DNA from: Podarcis filfolensis
Taxonomy: Eukaryota
DNA: 64,000 bases
NCBI GenBank assembly: GCA_964270895.1
Contig: OZ185440.1
Strand: one strand, 5' to 3'
Each line of letters opens with the position of its first letter. Position 1 is the stretch's first letter. This document shows, piece after piece, positions 50,284 through 64,000 of this stretch. Both the position numbers and the translations under genes were made by a program. The notes beneath the pieces were generated by a model. It was not told where the DNA came from, searched no databases, and saw only the letters and a list, made by a program, of their open reading frames with translations.

Positions 50284-50949
50284 GTATGTTACCTGACTGT
50301 AGATTTTTCCACACTGAATTGCCTTCCTGTGTGTTACTTCTGTATGTGTAAGATTGGGCAGAAGAACATGGACTAATGCACCACTGATTCTAGAGGACTA
50401 GAACAAAATGACATTTGATAATGTCATGTCTAGAAAGGAAAGCATGTGGATAACTGGCAAAGCACATCTCTGACCCACAAGACCCTGAGGTCTGTCTAGT
50501 TAACACGACTTGAGCAATCCAAAGCACAGACCACTGTCAGTCCATTTGAAAATGTCAAAATCCAAGCTGAAATTTCTTGAGTTATGAGCCAGTTAGTATG
50601 CCTGAATGGCTACTCTAACTTCCAGTTACTTGAAAACTTCACAATAGCAGTTCAGTAGCAAAAGGTCTCCCTGTGTTACAGCTTTAATTGGGAAGGGACC
50701 TGAATTGTTGAATCCTAGAAGTTCATGAATGGGTAAATTCAAATACTGGGTGTTCTGGTACTCCACACCAGTATTACACTGATAGGCATTCAAGTAGCAA
50801 ATAGCCAGAGCAGCTGGGCTGCTATAATTATCTCCACAACAGAAGTATAATGACAGGTGTAGCATCACTCCATGGTCACATGCAAGGAACCTGGCCTGTC
50901 TAGAGCCAGGGAAACTCAAGTTAGGAAGTATTCGTCTACTTCTTTTCAG

Positions 50950-51111
50950 GAAACAGGAGAACCAGGAATCGCTCCCGAGGGCAGAATCGACCCACTACCG
51001 TGAAAGAGAATACAATAAAGTTTGAGGGCGACTTTGACTTTGAAACTGCAAACGCGCAATTCAACCGAGAAGAGCTGGACAAAGAATTCAAGAAGAAGCT
51101 CAATTTTAAAG
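50950..51111 (+). CDS. LSM14B: LSM14B coding exon (FDF domain)
   Basis: ttttcag|GA...AAAG|gtttgc; [54 protein letters not shown]; 162 nt. Confidence 0.96.
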
Positions 51112-51245
51112 GTTTGCAAGTTCGCTAATGTGTGTTCTTGTTGTGATCTGGATGCCAGTTCCTCCAGAAATGGGTGAAGGGAAGCATCTGGGTGAGGACA
51201 AACGGCAACGTGGCTTGTTCATTGCGCACGAATGTGTTTTTCCAG

Positions 51246-51399
51246 ATGAGAAAGTTGAGGCAGGAGAAGAAAAGGGGGAGCCTGCTGTGGCTGCTGAGAA
51301 CTGCGATGGCAATGCAGATGAAGAACTCCTAGGGCCCAACTGCTACTATGACAAATCCAAGTCTTTCTTTGACAACATCTCATCAGAACTGAAACAAAG
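51246..51399 (+). CDS. LSM14B: LSM14B coding exon (FFD box)
   Basis: tttccag|AT...CAAAG|gttagt; [10 protein letters not shown]...[23 protein letters not shown]; 154 nt. Confidence 0.95.
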
Positions 51400-51681
51400 G
51401 TTAGTTACTCATGGATCTTAGAACCTCCACTTTATAGCTTCATTGGCTTTCTAATCATAGTCATCAGAAGTCCACGGTTCTGTTCATTTGGGCATCCCTT
51501 CCCCCACCCTCCCTGGTCAGGGAGCTTGTGCTATATCAGCTTGTGAAGTAGATCTGAGGCTGAATGTTCAAAATCATCATCATCATCATATTGAAGAGTA
51601 AATTGGTGCTCTGTCCTTAACCATGCACATCATTCAAGGGAACGGTTTGCAACACCATCTGGGGGGGGGAGGGAACATGTA

Positions 51682-51874
51682 CAGTGGTACCTCAGGTTAA
51701 GTACTTAATTCGTTCCGGAGGTCCGTTCTTAATCTGAAACTGTTCTTAACCTGAAGCACTTTAGCTAATGGGGCTGCTGCGCCGCCAAAGCATGATTTCT
51801 GTTCTCATCCTGAAGCAAAGTTCTTAACCCAAGCGTCTGTAACCTGAAGGCATATGTAACCCGAGGTACCACTG
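51682..51874. mobile_element. Tc1/mariner (Tigger-like) MITE, same family as 15192-15416
   Basis: TIR CAGTGGTACCTC / GAGGTACCACTG, TA TSD, shared internal sequence. Confidence 0.92.
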
Positions 51875-51910
51875 TATTATGATTGGGAAAACTGGTCCTT
51901 TGTTCCTTAG

Positions 51911-52082
51911 TTCAAGGCGTACAACGTGGGCCGAAGAACGGAAGCTCAACACAGAGACGTTTGGTGTGTCTGGGCGGTTTCTCCGTGGCCGCAGCTTTCG
52001 TGGGGGATTTCGTGGCGGAAGGGGGTCTGGAGCTGTGCGGCGAAGTCAGGCTCCTCCCAGAGTGGGCACTGGAAGAGTGTGA
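51911..52082 (+). CDS. LSM14B: LSM14B last coding exon (TFG box, RGG tail)
   Basis: ccttag|TTCA; [38 protein letters not shown]...GTGRV*, TGA 52080-52082. Confidence 0.96.
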
Positions 52083-53878
52083 ACCTTGCAGGCAAGCTGT
52101 AAAATTATCTTTGGTTCTGGGTCTGGAGTGCTTTGGGGCATTCTCTGCATCAAGTAAATCAAATTGTCTACCTGGTAAAATGAGTTTGTCCATCGGAACC
52201 AGCCAGTTCAGGATCTTCATGGCAATGAAACTCATGAAACTGTTTCTGTATAGCCGTTATTTGTCCTGTGATTTCTTTGGAAAAAGGATAATAAAATGCA
52301 GGTTCTAGCTCAGCTCTTGGCGTTAAGGGAAGCGTGACATAGAAGCAGCTCTCTGCTATCTATGCTTCTAACTTGCTCCTATTTCCAATGAGCTCAGGGT
52401 GGCATATATATATATATATGGTTAAATATCAAGTCCAGAATCTTAATATTTCAGTTCATTTTCCCCAGCATCTTGAGAACCAGGTTGGGAGGCAATAGGG
52501 AAAATGTTCTCATGCAAATATAAAATGCTTATTTTCTTCTTTCTGTTGTCCAGGTTCTCAAGCATGTTCTGTTACGATGTGTACATAGGAAGGAGGTAAC
52601 AAGCAGACCTGCTGCACTTAAAACATGGGTGAATGGAGTGATATGTCCACAAGCTTGTACTCCTGACGGCACTGCTGCTTCTGTGTCAAAGCAGGATTGG
52701 CGCACTGGAGCAACTTGGACAAAGATGCGTGCTCACTAACCACCTTTACCAGGAGTTTTTTTTTCTTTTTTCTTTAAGGTAGCACAAGGAACTTGTGCTG
52801 CTTCTAGGTTCCAAAGGCTGCTATAGCTGAACACACAGAACACCTAATCTGTTCCCTGAAGGAGATGAGACAATTCTAAATTCTTCAAAAAGCGAACCAA
52901 AGCTTGTTTGAAACCAGCAACCTCTTAATCTGTGGAACAAAGATTCTGCTGGTCTCCTTCCTTCTATTGTTTCTTTTTTCTTTGTCTTTTCACCATTCAC
53001 CCTCCCAGGTTGAAACAAATCATTTTGATGTCTAGAAACGAGTTGTAGTGCAACAAGTTGTATGTAATGCGGTGATGGGAATTGTCGCTGATCATGTATC
53101 TGTAATTCTGGGTTCACCACGTAAATGTATAGTTTCTATGGGGAACTGTACAACAAATTTTCTTGGTGCTGGTCACCCCTCCTGTAGGAATGCTAAGCAA
53201 CTAAGCTGGCGAATGGCAAGTGCCGTTCTCCAGCCCCCTCCCAATATTAGCCTCCTCCTCCTCCCTTGCTGCAGTGAAGCTTTCTCCATGTGAGGAAGGC
53301 TACACATTATGGGATACCCATGCAGCAACTCTTAAAGGAGATTTGAGATTTTACCCCACCCTTACTTAAAGGGGAAAAAAAAAGTTTAAGCTTTTGGATA
53401 ATAGTCCTTTTCTTGGAGAAAGAGCAATACATGCTTTGTATTCTTGGAACACGAGTAGGACTTCGAATCCTCAAAATAGGGAAGGGGAACCTAAATGGAA
53501 CTTAGGAAACCAGCATGTTCCAAGTCCTTCAACCGTTTCCCTCTTTCCCAAACTCTGTAAATAGTTCAGGTCTTTTTTTGTTTTTAAAAAGAATTTTTTG
53601 GGGGGGTTGAAAGGTGGGTAAGGAGGGATTATAAACTCTTGCATGAAAGTGGGTTAAGCCTGTAGTAATAGGCATGTGTCCCTTTTTGTTAGCTATAGGA
53701 ATGTTTTGTTAAAAGGCCTCTTTTGGGTGCCATTTATTCTCTCCCACCCTGTTTCATGGCTAGCTTTTTCAGTTCCTCCCTAGGTCATGCATTCACTTAC
53801 GTTGTTATAAAAGCTTGGGTTTATTTTGTAGGCCTTTATCATGGGCTGCTTTATGGAGTCATGTAAATTGTAATTACA

Positions 53879-53884
53879 AATAAA
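53879..53884 (+). terminator. Probable LSM14B polyadenylation signal
   Basis: AATAAA after about 1.1 kb of U-rich UTR-like sequence, followed by GT/T-rich downstream element. Confidence 0.6.
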
Positions 53885-54249
53885 CATGTAAATGTTTAAT
53901 CCTCGTTTTGTTGGCTAACAGTTTTCTGCAAGGTTGTTGCTTTTAATGGAAACATCATCAGCGTGTCTTGACAGTACTAGCAAAGCTTGCTAACCATGGA
54001 TGAGAGCTGGCTTCATACCAACCGAAAGTAGATGTTCAGGTTTAAGCAGCTGTTGAATTTGAGAAGCTGAGAGGAATAGAGAAGTTGGTAGAGTGGGCCA
54101 TTGGGGACGTTGCAGCAGACCCCATTTCTAGGAAGATAGCTCCCCTCCTGGTGAGAGAATGTGGGACATGGGGGAAGGAGAATGTCGGAAAAAGAGGGAA
54201 ATGATGCATTAGGAGGGACCCATTCCTTGGATGATGACCCACTATCTTC

Positions 54250-55750
54250 CCGTGCCAATGATTCTTCTTCAGGGAGTAGAGATCTTGGTAGTCTGATTCA
54301 GTCACTGGGAACATAGAAAGTTGGGTGTGTGAAATTCTGGAGGGTGAATTACCTTCCTGTCACGATGGTTGTGGTTGTCACACTGCCTAGTGCTAGGAAG
54401 GAGCTGATAGTCACGGTGCACATTGGCATGCATGATATGGGGAAATTGGTCATGAGATCATGGAAGCAAGTTAGGTTGCCAGGTAGGATGTTGAAACCAG
54501 GACATCCAAGGTAGCTGTCTGAAATGCTTCTGCTTCCCCCACATGCAGCACCAGATAGGCAGAGCTTTATAGTCTCAAAAGTGTGAATGGGACTGATTTT
54601 GGGAGGAGGGGTTTGGACTTCTTAGGCACTGGAAGAACATTTTGGGACAAACCGGGCCTGTACAAAAGGAGTGGATTCCACTTAAACCTGGATGGAAGCC
54701 AACTGTTGGTGCTTGAAGTAATGGTGGCAGAACAGCTTTTGAACTGATTGCTGGTGGGAGGAGAGGAAAGCCAACAGGAGCCCAGGAGGGTCTGGTTTGG
54801 AACAAATTGTCTGCCTGCGTTGATGAAAAAAATGGCAATTTAACTGGGTAAAGGTATAAACCTGAAGTGCCAAATGGCAATTCAGAGGCCAAAGCACCGC
54901 AGGCCAAAACACAACTGCTAAGAGAACCTGAAGAGAAACACTATATAAAAAAAAACGACTAATGCTAGAAGCCTCCAAGCCAAGACGGGCAAACTGGAGT
55001 GCTTGATTCTGTGGTCATAATGGAAACTTGGTAGAATGGAAAAAGCCAGTGGGACAGTTTTCTCTGGATACAAACTATGGGAAGGAGTGCTCAGTACATA
55101 AGGGGGCATTGAGTGAAGCAAAGTAAATAACAAAGGGAAGACTTCTTCACAGAACCATTGTGGGTGGTGGTACTGGGTCCCAAGTGTAATTGAGTTCCGG
55201 AGGTTTGCTAGTGTTTCCCCTGAGCAAGATACTCGGAGAGATCTTGAAATGAATGAATGAAATCAAGCAAGCATCCAAATGAGGAAATGCAGCAGCCCTT
55301 ACACAGACTACATAAGTGTTTTGACAAGAGTAAAATTTCTAGATACATTACTGTCCTAGAACAGTTTGCCATGGAACCAACCAGAGGGACATTGACCCTG
55401 GACTTAAAATTAAGTAGCATGCAAGTGGCATTGAACGAACTAAGAGTTTTTAAAACAAAAAGTTCAGCTGGACTGTATACCACTGATCAGGTAAGGTACC
55501 ATGAGAGCCAAGAGTCATTTGATCAGTGTGGCAGCACCTACATTTCGCTCTACCTATTGAGATCAGGTGCAGGTGCAGTCACTACTCCTTGGCACCTGCT
55601 AGTAACTTTCTTGCTTAGTCAAGCCTACCCAGATGCTTAGAAAGTTGAGGCAATTTTAAACTTTTGTATGCTTTAAAGGAGGGTTGTGAAGTTTTTGTTT
55701 TTCCCATTTCAAGTGGTGTACATATTTTATTAAATAAGAGAATGCCACAA
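54250..55750 (+). mobile_element. Degraded CR1 (ORF1 esterase remnant and start of ORF2 endonuclease)
   Basis: Interrupted motifs resembling VHIG..D, FWDKPGLYK..G.HL, NARSLQAK..LECL, ETW, TRGTLTLDL; many stops and frameshifts; boundaries approximate. Confidence 0.65.
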
Positions 55751-56954
55751 GCGGAGTCAAGGAAGCTACTGGACAGGAAAGCACTGGAATTCTTGCACAG
55801 AAGAGAGGTAGATGTGTGTCATTTACCTGCTGGTGACACTGAAGCACAAATCCAACTGCTATGGAGGGGACATTGTGCTTTATATTTCATTACAGTCCAA
55901 TCTGTGAAGCAAGACTGTCATCCTACATTGCAGAGGAAACCCATTACATTTAACCTAGTTTGTATGAACCCTAAAATAGGCTGTTCTTTCAACCTGCCTT
56001 TATTAACAAACCACCACAGACCTTTACTTGTCCTATGGTTTAATCCCTATTGCTTGATTGCGATAAATGGCAGAATTAGAGGACAGCCTGCAAGCTTAAT
56101 AGAGAAGCTCTAGAATTTTTATTATTAGCAGTACCAACAGGGCTGTTTATTGTCATGGAAACATATGACACCTAAGGCTGGAAGTTGCTTTTGCAGGGAA
56201 AGGAAAGGTATTTGTGGAACCCGAGGTATGCATCTATACCATAGAACTGTTTTGATAGCAGGAGAAACATGTTGCCCGTTAACGACATACATACCAAACC
56301 CACCTGTATATAAGTGAAAGGATAAGGCTGTGATGAAGAGAAATGCCATCTACCTAGGACAGTTCAGGTTCTCAGTCATGCAATCTGGAGAGGCAGACTC
56401 CGATCCTCAAAAATGAAGCATGCCTTAAAAAACCTGGAGGGGCTGTGAGCTTTCAAGTGCCAAATTTTACTAGTAGCCTTAACACTTAATTGAATACTTG
56501 AAATTGCAAGAACTCTGGAAGTGTGCCACTGAAGTCAAAGGAAAACCTCTTGTATTCCACAAGAATGCCTTCAGAACCTTCCTTTATCTGCTGTCCCAAG
56601 TACTGCAAGATGTGTTTTAAGTTTTACTTCTGACTTTTACACCCAAATGCAGCACTCAAGTTTTGAACCAACTTGTTTATACTGCAAAAGATGCAGGCAC
56701 ATTAGGGGTTTTGGTAATAACGGCAGCAAAAACATCATTTGCAACAGGAGGAAAGAGAAGGCAGCAGTAGTCATGGACAATGAAGAGACAGCAAATAAGG
56801 GTGACTAAAAATCAAGTTTGCCCTCAAACTTTGGGTTTATACACAACTTACGAAAAAGGTTTTCACTGATGAGAGAAGTTGTAGTACCAAGTTAAAGTAT
56901 ACACTGACAAATCAGGTACATGGCATTAACAGATGTTTAAAAAAACACAGGTGG

Positions 56955-56960
56955 TTTATT
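56955..56960 (-). terminator. Probable PSMA7 polyadenylation signal
   Basis: TTTATT on plus = AATAAA on minus, about 107 nt after the PSMA7 stop. Confidence 0.65.
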
Positions 56961-57066
56961 ATAGGCCACTTGACAGTGAATAGGAAAATGGAATGCCTAC
57001 ATGTCTATACAGAAACTCATGATTGATTTAAAAACCAAAAACGGCTAGGCAGTTGAGTTTCACACA

Positions 57067-57162
57067 TCATGTTGTTGTTTTCTTCTGTTTCTTCTTCTCG
57101 TTTTCTTCCTTCTCCTTTTCAATTTCAGCAACGTACTTTTCAATTTCATCAGGGCTCAAGAT
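57067..57162 (-). CDS. PSMA7: PSMA7 exon 7 (C-terminus)
   Basis: gttacag|ATC; [31 protein letters not shown]; total CDS 750 nt. Confidence 0.95.
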   Translation of the reverse strand: MLSPDEIEKYVAEIEKEKEENEKKKQKKTTT

Positions 57163-57741
57163 CTGTAACAGCAGAGACAAGATTGCAGTGAGGCTGGGAG
57201 TCCAAGTACCATGTGCATGCAAGGGCTTTTCTATGCCTCCCCTGCTGCTAAGGATCATGTGATCATCCAGAGCAGCATGAAGAAATCAGTGTGTCACCCC
57301 CTCCCAATGGTATGCACAGGTGTGCTTTCCAGTCATTCATGGGGCTGCTAGGATACTTTCTCCCACATAGGGAATTTAGGCTAATTTAGGAATTATTAAG
57401 CCAATTTGGTTTTGGACAACCTCTCAAATGAGAGGCAGCATGAGATGAGGAACTAACAGCTATGAACAATTAAGGCTCCTAAGGATGGAACACGATCACA
57501 ATGGAATCCCCAAATGGACAACTGGGGTCCAACTTTTCAGGACCAAGTAATAAAAAACAACAGACACTAAAGTTGAGTGTGAAGCATTGCTTGGATACAA
57601 ACAGGCACATGAAGGTCCTATTGAATGCTGAAACTGAAGGGGGCAAGTCAGTCTTAACTGGAGGTGAGTTTAAAACTGCACTGTTGCTACTGAGCAGAAA
57701 TCGACACTGCTTTTGAAATTCAGAAGCCACTGGAAGCTTAC

Positions 57742-57804
57742 CTTAAGAGGCTGGTTTCTTCTCATAACAGCCAGCTCAATATTTTTCCCACCAGACTGTA
57801 CAAC
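57742..57804 (-). CDS. PSMA7: PSMA7 exon 6
   Basis: tttaag|GTT...AAG|gtaagc; VVQSGGKNIELAVMRRNQPLK; 63 nt. Confidence 0.95.
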
Positions 57805-58071
57805 CTTAAATTCAAAAAGTTAAGCAAAAGTGTTAGGAAAAGACTTTCCTGCAGTGCAAAAGTATTGCATTTTTGCAGAACCATTGGCATTTTAATTCTG
57901 GTTTTTGCTAAATGAAAATTAAAATATATTACAACTATTAGGGCATTAGATCTGGCTTCTCAAACCTGTTCAATAGCCAGCGCTTTAACTTTAAAAGAAA
58001 TGGAAACTGTATGTAAACTTGTCAATAGCCACCCACCTTGTTAACTAAATAAGACTCAAATTTAAGACTTA

Positions 58072-58551
<480 letters not shown>

Positions 58552-58777
58552 CTAAAACTAAGAGAAACAAAAATGACTTTTACTTCAGTCCTTTAATCGT
58601 CAGATTCCCTCAAAAGCCAAAATTTTGTACTCCAGCCCACCAAAGACAGATCCACACATCCTTTGGCAAGGAGAGAGAGGGTTGACCATACGTTACTGTG
58701 TCCCCTGCCCCCTTGCTATGAGCCAGAAACTTAAACTGTAGATAGATTTACTTATGTGAATGAAGTGCTTCTGTTCA

Positions 58778-58972
<195 letters not shown>

Positions 58973-59698
58973 CTAAAGAAGTACAGATTTCTCATGAAAT
59001 ACATGTATAGCACTGGATATTTTTCTTAACTTATTGACTGAGGAAAACATAACCATTGCAAGTGTTCTGAGGAGTTACTTTATTATTAAACCGTATGGGA
59101 AAAAAAGAACAAGCTGGAATCAGAAAAGGCCAATTTAACTGGTTTTGGTTTTTCCATCCCACTCCTGACAAAATTAGGAATTTTTACTAATGGATTGTAC
59201 AGAGAGATTCTTCTTCAGTAGTAAACCAGAGCTCTTTTCCAATTTTACTAGGAATACCAGACTCACTTATGGTCAAAATATACATTCAGTAATTAATGTG
59301 TTAATGATCAGTCCACTGATTCTTAATAGCTATCAGGTGTTGCAGTAGCAGAGAATAAGAGATCCGAGATGACTTCATATTTTAGTTATTTTTGAAATGC
59401 ATTGTTGGTGCATTGTTTGTAAATTTTGAATATACATACGTCTGGTGGACCTACATTATTGTCCGATTTAGTTAAGACAAAATTACTAAAGTTGGGAAAT
59501 GAAAGGCAAAAAGTGGCAGAATCCACAACCACAATTTCAAATACTGATACCAGGTAAATACTAATTCATATTACTTTTCACTGTCTGTGGAAGAAACCAG
59601 GGAGGCATCTATACATTGTTACGCAGCAAGTTCAATAAAATATAGCAGCCGCATTACATTATGTTTCTCTGGAATTCTCTGGTATTAACCACCTTTTA

Positions 59699-59932
<234 letters not shown>

Positions 59933-60958
59933 TTAATCAAAAGAAATGGGTGAGAAAAGAGGATTAATGACAGGCCGCATTTATCGTGCTGGTTAATAAA
60001 ATATGTATGTTCAAAACTTTGTAATTTTGGGGGGAGCTGCATCCAGCATTACTCTAAGCAGAGTTCCAACTTGTGTTGGAGGTAGGGGGGAGATTCTTCC
60101 TTTCCCCTGCAACCTGCTGAAATGCTATTTCAGAGGGCTCAGGGACTCTGCAGAACAGCATTGAAGGTGATGCTGAGGACTTACAAAGGGAACTGGCAAA
60201 AAAAAAAAGAATAGTCACTCTCCTTCAGCAAGGAATCTCCAATGGATGTTAATTTCCTTTGCAAATGGAAAGAACCCTTCTATTCAGAGGGGCAAGGCTA
60301 AATCTAACTCTGTACATTAGAAGTTGGTAGAAAACTAGAGGAAACATCCAATGTATGTCCTGCAATGTATTAAGAGTCATACTGGTTATCAAGCTCAAAA
60401 GGTTTTTGAGCTGAAAAGATTTAAGCAGACTCTTCCTGACTGGCCTTCTTCCACTCGGGCTACTTTTGGCTAAAGAGGAAAGAAAAAAGAAGGAATTCTG
60501 CATCAAATTTAGTCCTTAGTTTTGAACAGATTGAAAACTCTGTGTTAACCTATTTTGTTAATATCTTCCATGGCAGCTGCCAAATATTCTTTTTAGAGCT
60601 ATGAAACACAAATTGGCAAGGTTTGACAACCTAGAGTTTAAGTACTGGGCTACAAATCAGGAAAGCTATTAATTTTATACCTAGAATAATTAGATTAACC
60701 GCTAAAGAAAGTTTTAACAGGCCTTTTTTTCGCAATTGTTGATACTTTCACTATCTGCATTCAAATTTTAGAAACTAATCATAATTAGATGGTGTACTTT
60801 TAAGCATATGCAAATACTTCATATTTGTTTTATGAGAAGTTTATAACACAAGTGTACAAGAAAATGAAGCAGAGCAGTTCCTAACAGAGCTGTCCAAGAC
60901 AACACTCTGAATACAAAAAGCAGAGGAATCACTTAATTATTATTATTGACTTTATATA

Positions 60959-61198
60959 CAGTGGTACCTCTAGATGCGAACGGGATCCGTTCCGGAGCCC
61001 TGTTCGCATCTAGAAGCAAATGTAACCCGCATCCGCACGGGTCACGTTTCGGCGCTTCTGCACATGCGTGTGACGTCATTTTGAGCGTCTGTGCATGCAG
61101 CGAAACCCGGAAGTAACGCACTCCGTTACTTCCGGGTTGCCACGGAGCGCAACTCAAACGCGCTCATCCCGAAGCACATTCAACCTGAGGTATGACTG
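60959..61198. mobile_element. Tc1/mariner (Tigger-like) MITE inside an L2 tail in a PSMA7 intron
   Basis: CAGTGGTACCTC / GAGGTATGACTG, TA TSD, CpG-rich interior. Confidence 0.85.
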
Positions 61199-61351
61199 TA
61201 CTGCCCTATACCCAGGGGTCTCAAAGTGGTTCACTTAAAATCTTCTCCCTCACCTATAACATAACCTGAATTTAATTTTTTGCTTTTCTTTGCAATTAAG
61301 GTATTTAGAAGAGCTACCTGGAAGCTGAAAAGAAAAAAATGACACCGCTTA

Positions 61352-61618
<267 letters not shown>

Positions 61619-63320
61619 TCAAATATTAGCTATAATAAAGTGTGACAGAAGCAAAAAACAATAGGTGAAGGCAACCCACATTGACTAGACAACAGTGCTT
61701 TAACACTGACTTGCATACGAAGCATGAAATTGTTTACATGTGACTCTATAAACAGTATCTTTGTGATAATGAGTTGGCGTATCATATTTCATTGGGTGAT
61801 ATCCAATTACATCATTTATACCCAGTGCAGACCCACTGAAAACAATGAACATGCTAACACTGGATATCACCCATTAAACTGAAGAAAACTGAAAATATTT
61901 TACAGCTTTAAATAAATTTAAGATAGATGAAGAAACTTTAAGCAAAGTTCCAAATAATCTATAATTTTCTTATGTTCAATTTCTGCCAGTCATACCTATT
62001 CCATTTCTCTCAGCAGTATCCAACCTCTGCCTTTCATGCTCACATCTCTCTGAAAATTGAGCAACTTCTGAATGCTTTCATGACCTAATCACAGAATCGT
62101 AGAATTGGAAGTAACCCAAAGCATCATCTACGGTTCCTTTCCTTCCACCTCACTTATCAGCCTTTCACCTTACTTTCCATGCAGCTCCTCTTTCAAATAT
62201 AAAACACACAATTTAGGTAGTGATGAGGCCTCAGCCACACTCTGCAATGATCTAATCTCCCTTAGTAGACTTTGACATGGTTGCACTTTCATTCTTCACA
62301 TGCCAGCCCACTCCCCCGATTCATTATATATGCACCTAGCCCTTCAGAATTCAGTCATGTAACCTCCACTTATCAGATATTGTTGGACAACCTGTTCCTG
62401 TGTTCTAACTGCATGGTTGCTACTAGATTTCTTCCCCATGGTTTACACAGCCCTTTCAGTCAACTCTGACCATGCTATCTCTCCAGATTCTTTGGAGTTC
62501 TATGCCTGAACATCTGAACGACACCATATTAAGGAAGGTTGTTTTAACTAATACACTACTTTACTGCTTCCCTAATCTTCACCATTATGCATGTGTGTAG
62601 CCATATGCATTTGAACATGTCTGTATTTGCACACAAACTTTTCCTGGCATGTACTAGTTAGACAACAAGTGTGATGGGGTAAAAGAATTGGTGAATATTC
62701 CTGCTAGCTCTCTGCCTGCAGAGTGGTGGGATTATTTGTTTAGTGGGGGAGGCATTGAAGCATAAAATTCTGATTGCCTTTGTTCAACAAAGGCACTGAT
62801 TAGAATTGGCACTTCCTTACAGTTCCTATGTGTGCCACATTCTGAATAACAAATTAGTATAATCTGGATATGCAGTAAATTAAAATATAAACAAGGAACT
62901 GCAGAAGAGGAGAAGGGGAGTCAAAATCAGAATTGATTGCCTGTGATTTAAATTTATTTTTATTTTTGTATATTGTAAAAGCTTGTAGCCACATTCTGAA
63001 GACTATTATTTTTTGTCACAATCACACGCCTGCATCATCAAAACACTGCCCCACATCGTTTGCCTACTTAATCTGAATTTGCTGCTTCCTTGGAATATCT
63101 GATAAATTTAAAGAAGAAACACGATAGAAATCCCAAATCTCTTGCACACCTGAACAACCTCAGCCCCACCACAAGCTTCAGTGGAGGAAGTTTAAATGTG
63201 CTCTTAATGTTTTCGAGGGCTGCGCTCCGAAAGATCTGGACTCCTGCGTCTCTTTGTCAGGGGTGCCAACTTGGAATAAAATATTCTCATGATGTGGTGT
63301 GCACACACAACATTTGAATG

Positions 63321-63321
<1 letters not shown>

Positions 63322-63351
<30 letters not shown>
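63322..63351. repeat. (TTA)n microsatellite at an L2 tail in PSMA7 intron 1
   Basis: TTA run followed by L2-tail-like gaatttatatattgccctatacc. Confidence 0.85.
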
Positions 63352-63353
<2 letters not shown>

Positions 63354-63499
63354 TGAATTTATATATTGCCCTATACCGGGAGATTTCATGGCGGCTCACA
63401 GAACAAAATCAAAATATAAAACCAAAAAGTATATACGGTAATCAAAATAAAAACAACAACCCAATAACCTCCCCATCATCAAGTTGGGGGGTGGGGGAG

Positions 63500-64000
<501 letters not shown>

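Overview
Vertebrate genomic DNA, most likely a squamate reptile (probably a lacertid lizard, inferred from a full-length Sauria SINE, a BovB end and typical lizard CR1/L2/MITE families). The window holds the TAF4-LSM14B-PSMA7 block, the same order as human chr20q13 (recalled, not computed). It contains the first two coding exons of TAF4 (minus strand; remaining exons lie left of the window), the complete coding sequence of LSM14B (plus strand, 9 coding exons, 1272 nt/423 aa including a 117-nt cassette exon) and the complete coding sequence of PSMA7 (minus strand, 7 exons, 750 nt/249 aa). All exon boundaries were read by hand and are GT-AG and phase-consistent. Intergenic and intronic DNA is rich in transposons: a near-intact 5'-truncated CR1 LINE, degraded CR1s, L2 3' ends, Tc1/mariner (Tigger-like) and hAT MITEs, and SINEs. 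I found no convincing novel multi-gene system. The best leads are gene-architecture and regulatory: an intron splitting what is one giant first exon in human TAF4, a probable GC-AG intron in the LSM14B 3' UTR, candidate extra or poison exons in LSM14B, transposons abutting LSM14B splice acceptors, and a TATA box pointing away from TAF4.
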